Shown: piece by piece, positions 8,035 through 14,969 of the stretch
Numbering within the stretch: the first letter of the stretch is position 1
How the letters are laid out: the number at the start of each line of letters is the position of its first letter
NCBI GenBank assembly: GCA_043750125.1
Contig: JAYVCD010000035.1
Span: forward strand, 1 to 20,269
Reading direction: 5' to 3'
Length of the DNA: 20,269 nucleotides
Origin: Archangiaceae bacterium
Lineage (GTDB): Bacteria; Myxococcota; Myxococcia; Myxococcales; Myxococcaceae
Made by a program: the position numbers and the translations under genes
Notes under the pieces: generated by a model
The model's database searches: none
The model's input: only the letters and a program-made list of their open reading frames with translations
Told to the model about the DNA's origin: nothing

Positions 8035-8493
8035 ATGGCTGGTGGTCTGAACAAGGTTTTGTTGATGGGGCATCTGGGTCGCGATCCTGAAGTGCGCTTC
8101 ACGGCAGGAGGCACGGCCGTCGCGAATTTTTCCGTCGCGACGAATGAAAGCTGGAAAGACAAGAACGGTCAGCAGCAGGAAAAGACCGAATGGCACCGCA
8201 TCGTGGTCTGGGGAAAGCTCGCCGAGCTGTGCGGCGAGTATTTGAAAAAAGGCCGCCAGGCTTTCATCGAAGGTCGGCTGCAGACCCGCGAGTGGACGGA
8301 CAAGGAAGGAAAGAAGAACTATTCCACCGAGGTCGTCGCCAACAACGTGCAGTTCATCGGAGGTCGTCCCGAAGGCGCGGGCGCTCCGGCACCGGGCGCA
8401 CCCCACGGGATGCAGCCGGGCAATGAAGGGCCGCCTCCGGGCGACGATCAGGCTCCCCCGCCGGGAGGTGGGGCTGATGACATTCCGTTCTGA
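8035..8493 (+). CDS. ssb: Single-stranded DNA-binding protein
   Basis: ATG 8035 after an [52 protein letters not shown]; Pro/Gly linker; DDIPF tail. Confidence 0.98.
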   Translation: MAGGLNKVLLMGHLGRDPEVRFTAGGTAVANFSVATNESWKDKNGQQQEKTEWHRIVVWGKLAELCGEYLKKGRQAFIEGRLQTREWTDKEGKKNYSTEVVANNVQFIGGRPEGAGAPAPGAPHGMQPGNEGPPPGDDQAPPPGGGADDIPF

Positions 8494-8683
8494 TCCCACC
8501 TAGGCTCCGGGCCGTTGGCGAGGCCGGTCGTCCAAGCTCGGGTAAACGAGCGGGCTGGCCGGCCTCGTTCCTTGTCGTCTTGACACACACAGACTGATCG
8601 AAGAGTGTCCGCGCCGCTGAGGGGCATTCGGGTTTTCCCATCACTTGTCACCGCCCAGGGTGACGCTTTCCTAGAGACAAATC

Positions 8684-10093
8684 ATGAATCAACACACCTT
8701 TAAGGCGCTCGCGCTTGGCGCGGTTCTCGGATTTCTGGCCTCCGTTGTCCCCTCTTGCTCCGGTGGAGGAGCCGCGACATGTAGCGCGGTCAACTGCCTG
8801 ACCGGCTGTTGTAACGGCGCCACCTGCGTCACCAAGACCAACAGCAACAACACCACCTGCGGCACCGCGGGCCAGACCTGTGTCGATTGCAACAAGACGG
8901 CCGGCAGCGCGTGCAGCGCGACGACGTTCAAGTGCAGCGGCACGACGGGAACGGGCGGCGGCACCGGAACGGGCGGCGGCACCGGAACCGGCGGCGGCGT
9001 CGGAACCGGCGGCGGCACCGGCACCGGCGGCGGTGCCAGCACCTGCGGCGTTTGTGGGAATGGCTGCTGTAAGAATGGAAATTGTCTGACGGCTGGATTC
9101 CAGGACGCCACCACCTGCGGCCTCAACGCGGTCGCCTGCGCGCCCTGTGGAACGGGTCAGCTGTGCAGCAGCGGGATGTGCAGTGGCGGCGCGGGCGGCG
9201 GCACGGGCACCGGCGGCGGTACCGGAACCGGCGGCGGCACCGGAGGAGCGGGCGGTGGAGCGGCAACCGGATCGATGGGCTCCCCGTGCACGGCCGACAG
9301 CCAGTGCTCCGGGGTGGTGGTCTCCGCAGCGGAGACTGCGCAGGGCTACAAGTCCTTCTGCAAGAAGTTGCTCAATCCGACCGGTATCCCCTACCCGGGT
9401 GGCTACTGCACCCGCCGTTGCACCACCCAGTCAATGTGCGGCGCGAGCAACTTCTGCGATGTGAACGACGGACCCTACGGCGAAGTCGACAACGTCTGCC
9501 TCGTCGGCTGCTCGACGGTCGCCCCGGCCTGCCGCGACGGATACAAATGCTACAACTACGGCAACGTGCCGACCCCCGCGTGCTACCCGGCATTCCCGGA
9601 CGGCGGCGACATCGGTGCAGGCAACGGCGCTCGCTTTGACCCAGGTCCCGGCAACAGCGGCAACCCGGCCGCCGGCGCGTGCACCAGCGACTCGATGTGC
9701 TTGCCCCAGACGCCCGCTCCCGCGCTCGGGTTCTGCACCCCTCCCACCATTGCAGACGGCGGTCCTTCGGGCTTCCCCGGCGGCTCGTGCGGCGCGGACT
9801 GCAGCCAGGCGCAGCTCGACCTGTGGTGCGGCACCAACGGCACCTGCGACGGCTACATCTTCTCGACCTCGGTCGGCGGAACGAACCCCAACACCGGTCC
9901 GTCGATCGTGTTCCTCTGCCGTCAGGCCTGCCCCACCGGCCCTGATGCAGGCGTGTCGATCTGCCGCACCGGCTACACCTGCAACGCGGCCACTGCCGGT
10001 TCCTGCATTCCCCGTTGCGACAACCCGGGCCGTCCGCCTTGCCCTGCCTCGACCCCGACCTGCAGCGCGGTCACCGGGTTGTGCGGTCCGTGA
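8684..10093 (+). CDS. Cys-rich putative lipoprotein A (49 Cys) with Gly/Thr linkers
   Basis: Signal peptide ending VVPSC; two 10-Cys modules, two 12-Cys modules and a 4-Cys tail; high GC3. Confidence 0.88.
   Translation: MNQHTFKALALGAVLGFLASVVPSCSGGGAATCSAVNCLTGCCNGATCVTKTNSNNTTCGTAGQTCVDCNKTAGSACSATTFKCSGTTGTGGGTGTGGGTGTGGGVGTGGGTGTGGGASTCGVCGNGCCKNGNCLTAGFQDATTCGLNAVACAPCGTGQLCSSGMCSGGAGGGTGTGGGTGTGGGTGGAGGGAATGSMGSPCTADSQCSGVVVSAAETAQGYKSFCKKLLNPTGIPYPGGYCTRRCTTQSMCGASNFCDVNDGPYGEVDNVCLVGCSTVAPACRDGYKCYNYGNVPTPACYPAFPDGGDIGAGNGARFDPGPGNSGNPAAGACTSDSMCLPQTPAPALGFCTPPTIADGGPSGFPGGSCGADCSQAQLDLWCGTNGTCDGYIFSTSVGGTNPNTGPSIVFLCRQACPTGPDAGVSICRTGYTCNAATAGSCIPRCDNPGRPPCPASTPTCSAVTGLCGP
8945..9034 (+). 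repeat. Five tandem 18-bp units encoding TGTGGG (one is VGTGGG)
   Basis: acgggaacgggcggcggc / accggaacgggcggcggc / accggaaccggcggcggc / gtcggaaccggcggcggc / accggcaccggcggcggt. Confidence 0.9.
9185..9259 (+). repeat. Second Gly/Thr linker repeat (two TGTGGG units flanked by GGAGGG)
   Basis: Direct reading of the DNA and translation. Confidence 0.8.
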
Positions 10094-10143
10094 TTCGCAG
10101 CTAATCGCCGGCCGGGTTTTTCCGGCCGACTGAAAAAAATCAG

Positions 10144-10181
10144 GCGGGCGGCTCCTACCTCGGGCCGTCCGCTTCTTTTTT
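10144..10181 (+). terminator. Rho-independent terminator between the two Cys-rich genes
   Basis: GCGGGCGGCTC-CTACCTC-GGGCCGTCCGC 11-bp stem (two G-U pairs) followed by TTCTTTTTT. An upstream A7 tract and a second hairpin (CGGCCGG/CCGGCCG, 10109-10128) precede it. Confidence 0.75.
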
Positions 10182-10235
10182 GCCGAGGTGTGCCAGACTC
10201 ACCGGAGGTTGGCCGGGATTTTCGACTCATCGCTG

Positions 10236-11387
10236 ATGACTTCTCGCCACCTCCTCACTCCTCTCCTTGCTGGATTCGCTGTCGGGTTGATGCTCGCGGG
10301 CGGACCCTCGTGCTCGGCGCTTCCCCCCCCGTCCTCCTGCGGGCCGGGCAATTGCCAGGGCTGCTGTTCCTCCGGCAGGTGCGTCACCTCACCCAGCAAC
10401 GCGTCGGTCGCATCCTGCGGGCAGAACGGAGCAGCCTGTGTGGCCTGCGGCACCGGAACCTGCGTCGACTTCTCCTGCCTCGGAGCAGGCGGCGGCTCAG
10501 GCATCACTTCCGGGCCTTGCGGACCTGGCAAGTGCGCCGGCTGTTGCAGTGGAACGAGCTCGACTTCCGTCTGCATCAGCCCTCCCTCGGCGACCAACTG
10601 TGGAATGGGAGGCGAGCTGTGCATCAGCTGCGGCGCAGGTCAGGCCTGCAGCGCCGGCGGGTGCGTCACCACCGACGGGGGAGCAGGCCAGGTCGGCACG
10701 CCCTGCACCGCGGACAGCGAATGCGCGGCGCTCGGCACCGGCCATGTCTGTAAGAAAAAGACCTCGTCCGGCCTCAACGACTACCAGGGCGGTTACTGCA
10801 CCAAGAGCTGCGTCACCGATTCGAATTGCCCGACCCGGGCGCTGTGCCTTGGCCCTCAACCCGGCTACGGCGAGAGCGACTCGGTGTGCTGGGCCCGCTG
10901 CACCGGCACCGAGGAATGCCGCGTCGGCTACGAATGCTACGCGGTGGGAGGAGGCGATTCGGCGTGCTGGCTGGCCCCGCTTCCCGCGTTCGACGCCGGG
11001 CCCGCGGCCGACAAGATTGGACAGCCGTGCAGCACCGACTCGAGCTGCTCGAACCCTCCGGACGATGGGCTGTGTCTGAACGCGACCTTCGCCGACGGGG
11101 GCAAGTCGGCGTTCGTCGGCGGCTACTGCAGCGCGCCGTGTGATGACAACCGGCACTGCAGTGTCGACGGGGGCGCGGTGTGCGTCGCGCTGGGAACGCT
11201 CGGCGCCTGCACCCAGACTTGTTCCCGCCCTCTGCAGGGCCAGGCCGACTGCCGAACCGGGTACGTCTGCCGTTCGATTCGCAGCGGTCCGGATGGGGGA
11301 TTTCTGCCCATCGGCTTTTGTTGGCCGAACTGCCAGGCTGCCGGTTGTGTCAGCGGTGTCTGTCAAACCTCGGGGTATTGCCAGTGA
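10236..11387 (+). CDS. Cys-rich putative lipoprotein B (49 Cys), paralogue of A
   Basis: ATG 10236 (MTSRHLLTPLLAGFAVGLMLAGGPSC); the same 1+10+10+12+12+4 Cys arrangement as A; shared motifs GxPCTADSxC, GGYCT, YGExDxVC, CRxGYxC. Confidence 0.88.
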   Translation: MTSRHLLTPLLAGFAVGLMLAGGPSCSALPPPSSCGPGNCQGCCSSGRCVTSPSNASVASCGQNGAACVACGTGTCVDFSCLGAGGGSGITSGPCGPGKCAGCCSGTSSTSVCISPPSATNCGMGGELCISCGAGQACSAGGCVTTDGGAGQVGTPCTADSECAALGTGHVCKKKTSSGLNDYQGGYCTKSCVTDSNCPTRALCLGPQPGYGESDSVCWARCTGTEECRVGYECYAVGGGDSACWLAPLPAFDAGPAADKIGQPCSTDSSCSNPPDDGLCLNATFADGGKSAFVGGYCSAPCDDNRHCSVDGGAVCVALGTLGACTQTCSRPLQGQADCRTGYVCRSIRSGPDGGFLPIGFCWPNCQAAGCVSGVCQTSGYCQ

Positions 11388-12250
11388 GTGATGGGTTGGT
11401 GCGGGCGCTGTGGGCGGAAAAAGGGTTGAGCGCGTCGATCGCGGTGGTCACCGAAGCGGCGCGCGAGGGGCGCAAGCTGCATGGGCTGCACGACGTGTCA
11501 GCGATGCTGCTGGGTCAGGCGATGGCGGCCGGAGCGCTGCTCGTCTCGCTGCAAAAAGATCAGACCCGGGTGAACCTGCAGATTGAATGCGATGGCCCGA
11601 TGCGCGGACTGTTCGTCGACGCTGGCGCCGACGGCTACCTGCGCGGCTACGTGAAGAATCTGTACCTCGATGTCGAAGGGCAACGGGGGCCCACGCGCTG
11701 GCGTCCGGCGCTGGGAAATTCGGGGTTCTTCTCGGTGCTCAAGGACATTGGCGAGGGCGAGTACTACCGCTCTTCGGTCGAGCTCAAGGCGATGGATCCT
11801 GCGGCCGACTTCGAGCACTACTTTGCTTCGTCCGAGCAGGTCGCGACCCACGTGGCCCTGGCGGTCGAGCGCAACGGACCGCAGCCGCTGGGGGTGGTGG
11901 CGGGGATGCTGGTCCAGGCGATGCCCAACGCGGACCTGGGTGCGCTCGCGCGCCTCGGACAGACGCTGTCGGCGAAGCTTCAGCAGAGCGTCGTCAGCGG
12001 GGACAATGTCGATGGCGAGGCGCTGCTGGCGCAGGTGCTGCCCGGGTTCTCGAAGCTGTCTGCCCTCGAGCTCGGCTGGCGCTGCAGCTGCTCGAAAGAC
12101 CGGGTGCTCAACGCGCTGTCCGCGATGGGCAAGGCCGAGCTTCAAAGTCTTCTCGCTGAAAAAGGCGGCGCCGCCGCGAGCTGTCAGTTCTGCAACAAGC
12201 GGCACGAGGCCAACGCCGACGATTTGAGGGCATTGATCGCCCGGGATTGA
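11384..12250 (+). CDS. hslO: Hsp33 redox-regulated chaperone
   Basis: GTG 11384 overlaps the upstream TGA. LQIECDGPMRGL, LRGYV, YFASSEQV, GMLVQAMP and the zinc motif CSCS...CQFC. Confidence 0.93.
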   Translation: MSDGLVRALWAEKGLSASIAVVTEAAREGRKLHGLHDVSAMLLGQAMAAGALLVSLQKDQTRVNLQIECDGPMRGLFVDAGADGYLRGYVKNLYLDVEGQRGPTRWRPALGNSGFFSVLKDIGEGEYYRSSVELKAMDPAADFEHYFASSEQVATHVALAVERNGPQPLGVVAGMLVQAMPNADLGALARLGQTLSAKLQQSVVSGDNVDGEALLAQVLPGFSKLSALELGWRCSCSKDRVLNALSAMGKAELQSLLAEKGGAAASCQFCNKRHEANADDLRALIARD

Positions 12251-12293
12251 AAAACGCACCAGAATGGCTTCCCGCCGGTAAACCGGCGGGGCT

Positions 12294-13139
12294 TCAGCCG
12301 GACTTCTCGACCTTCTGCAGCTCGTCGAAGCCGGGTAGGCCCGACAGATCGGGAACGATGATGATTTCAATTCGGCGGTTCTGGGCTTTGCCTTCGGTCG
12401 TGTCGTTGGCCGCCGAGGGCCGGGAATCGCCGAAGGACGCCGCCGAGACGCGGCCGGTGGGCAGGCCTGAATCGACCATCGCCTTGAGCACGTTGATCGC
12501 GCGGGCCGAGGCGAGCTCCCAGTTGCTGGGGTACTGGGCGGTGCCGATCGGAACATTGTCGGTGTGACCTTCGACCTGGAAGCTGCGCTTTTCGATCGAC
12601 GCCAGCACCTGGGCGACTTCGGCCAGGGACACCTTGCCGTCCTTCGACAGGTTGGCGCTGCCCGAGCCGAAGAGGATGTCGGTCGCCAGCACGACCACCA
12701 TTCGTCCGTCGACGATTCGGACCTTCAGCTTCCCGGCGTCGATCAGCGACTTGAACTTGGCGAGCAACGATTTGAATTCGGAAACCCGCGCCTCGGCCGC
12801 CGCGCGCCGCTTCTCGAGGTCCCTGATCGCCACCGTCATCTCTTCGATCGACGCCTGGAGCTTGTTCTTGTCTTTGCTCGCCGACGCCATCTCGGCCATC
12901 AGCCGGGCGATGCGGTTGTTCGCATCGGCGACTTTTTCGCGCTCGTCGGCCAATGACGCCTCGAGCGTTTTCCCCGCGGTGGTCAGCGAGGTGATCTTCA
13001 ACTCGGCGTCGTGCAGTTGCTTGTTGCGCTGAGTCAGGTGTTCCGACGTCTCGTCGTTCTCGGCCCGGAGGGCATCGAAGGTCGACTGGGTGACACAAGC
13101 GGAAAGGACGAGGGCCACGCTGAGCAGGGTCAATCGCAT
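12294..13139 (-). CDS. OmpA/MotB-family lipoprotein with a long coiled coil
   Basis: LSAC lipobox; about 100 aa heptad-rich region; DILFGSGSA, VEGHTDNVPI, SNWELASARA and NRRIEI peptidoglycan-binding OmpA_C/MotB motifs. Confidence 0.9.
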   Translation of the reverse strand: MRLTLLSVALVLSACVTQSTFDALRAENDETSEHLTQRNKQLHDAELKITSLTTAGKTLEASLADEREKVADANNRIARLMAEMASASKDKNKLQASIEEMTVAIRDLEKRRAAAEARVSEFKSLLAKFKSLIDAGKLKVRIVDGRMVVVLATDILFGSGSANLSKDGKVSLAEVAQVLASIEKRSFQVEGHTDNVPIGTAQYPSNWELASARAINVLKAMVDSGLPTGRVSAASFGDSRPSAANDTTEGKAQNRRIEIIIVPDLSGLPGFDELQKVEKSG

Positions 13140-13196
13140 CGTGGCCCCGACTTATCAGGGTGGAACGCGGACTGCGACGGGGACTAGATGTGGGGC

Positions 13197-14420
13197 ATGG
13201 ATCCGCTCAAGCGCATCGCCGGCCTACTCGTGAACGAATCGCCCCGTAAGAAAATCGCGGCCGCGGTCATTCTCGGCGAGCTGCAGGTCAAAGATCCCGC
13301 CATCGTCTCGCTGCTGATCGCGATGGCCAAAGATCCGATCGAAGCCTTGCCGAGGCGGCCCTCGAAGAAATGAAGGGTCAAAGCTGGGAACACATCAACA
13401 AGGTCGCGCTGTCGGCGCGCGCCGAGGTGAAGGCGATGGGCCTGGGCGAGCGCAAGGGCCTGCGCACCCAGGTCGAGAAGTTCCTCGATAAGAAAAAGAC
13501 CGCCGACGACGAGCTGGCGCTGCGCGGCGCGCTCAAAGTGTTGGGCTTCCTCGAGCTCGAAGCGAGCACCGATACCCTGCTGGCGTACCTGGGCTCGAAG
13601 TGGCCGACCGCGGTTCGAATCGAAGCGGTGACCAGCCTGCGGTTCTCGCTCACCGCCGGCGCGTCGAAGAAAGCGGTGCGCAAGTTGATCGACCTGCTCA
13701 ACGACTCTGATTCTGGGGTGCTGCGCGCGGCGCGCGAAACGCTGACCGTGCTGAAGTTCGGCCCTGAGTTTTCCACCGAGCTGGCCGAGCTGGTCGCAAG
13801 CCCGGACAACGAAGTGGGCCTCTGGGCGATCGAGCGGTTGGGGGCCCTCGCGCCGGACAGCGCTTTGGCCGCCAAGACGCTTCTTCCGGTCGCCTCGTCG
13901 CAAAACCGGGCCAAAGCGGAAGCGGCGGCGAAGATTCTGGCGGGCCTGAAGAATGGACAAGCGCTGCTGGTGGACGCTCTGGTCGCTGCGGTGGATGAAG
14001 TGGGCCGCGGTGCTGCGTGAGAAAGCCAGGGCGGTCGCGAAGAGAGATCCCGCCCGCGCCGAGGCGATTTCCGAGCTGCTGGGCAGATCTTCGGTGGCCA
14101 GGGCCGATGACCGTTTTGGAGCGGTGCTTCAGCGCTTCCAGCACCACTGCCTGCATCTCCACCCCCGCGCGCGCCAGGCCGACACGGTGCTGATGGTGCT
14201 CGAACGGCTTCATTCCGAAGGATTCAAGGTCGCCGAAGCCGTGATCAAGGACAAGAAGCTCTCGGACGAGGCGCGCTACTACCTCGGGGTGCACTTCGCC
14301 GAGAAGCCCCAGTTCGACTTGAAGGGCATCGGAGCCGAAGTCCTCGAGCACCTGGCGAGGAAGGCCAAGGGGAAGCTCGCCAGGGCGGCGCGGAACAAGA
14401 TGAAGCTGCTCGAGCTTTGA
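13197..14420 (+). pseudogene. HEAT/ARM-repeat protein gene split over three frames
   Basis: ORFs 13188-13373, 13370-14020 and 13953-14420 form one helical-repeat protein (KKIAAAVILGEL; AVRIEAVTSL; VLRAARETL; VGLWAIERLG). Frame switches at about 13347-13349 and 14000-14005. Confidence 0.72.
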
Positions 14421-14430
14421 ACAGCCCCGT

Positions 14431-14850
14431 TCAACGGGGAGTCGGCGAGGGAAGCCCGGGCACCATCGAGGGGTGAATTTCCAGCGATCGTCGCAGCGTG
14501 GCCCACAGCGCCTTCGAGCTCAGGTCTTCTGCGAACTTCTGCGCCACCGGCAGCGGCACCAACCGCTCGACGTTCTGGAGGTCGCTCAGCGACTGCTCGA
14601 AGGCCCGCTGCCGCAGCATCAACGACGGGCCATCGCTCTTCAGCAGCAGGTGAAAGGCCTCGAGCGAATTTCCGAACACCCCGACTTCCTCACCTGAACA
14701 GTTCCACGGGCCGCTGAGGACGAAGTTGACGTGCCCGGTCTCTTTGAGCAACCCGCGCAGCCAGGCTCCCTTTTCGGAGACCGGAAACCGCCAGATTGTT
14801 TCGTAACAGTCGCGCATGGGAAGTCCCAAACTGCCCCAATTCTTCTGCAA
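14431..14850 (-). CDS. Hypothetical protein, possibly a 5'-truncated remnant
   Basis: The C-terminal two thirds have strong GC3 coding bias. The start is uncertain (TTG 14850 or ATG 14817). No recognisable motif. Confidence 0.45.
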   Translation of the reverse strand: MQKNWGSLGLPMRDCYETIWRFPVSEKGAWLRGLLKETGHVNFVLSGPWNCSGEEVGVFGNSLEAFHLLLKSDGPSLMLRQRAFEQSLSDLQNVERLVPLPVAQKFAEDLSSKALWATLRRSLEIHPSMVPGLPSPTPR

Positions 14851-14969
14851 TCGTGCGACCAGAACGGATCACCGGAAAGATCAGGCGCTTGGTGCGTGGC
14901 GGACCTTTCAATTTTGAAACTGAATTGCAGGGGTGGAAGCATTTTGCAGATTCACGCTTCAGGTCGCAG

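Noticed and set aside
8545-8580. Possible ssb terminator (AACGAG...CTCGTT)
   Set aside because: Irregular stem and interrupted U-tract; not enough support.
8945-9259. Tandem repeats as a CRISPR array or DGR template/variable pair
   Set aside because: In-frame coding repeats with no spacers; no cas or reverse transcriptase gene; paralogue differences are not adenine-specific.
8684-11387. Cys-rich proteins as TraA/TraB, multiheme cytochromes or RiPP precursors
   Set aside because: No PA14-like domain, MYXO-CTERM or TraB beta-barrel partner; no CxxCH motifs; too long and no modifying enzymes nearby.
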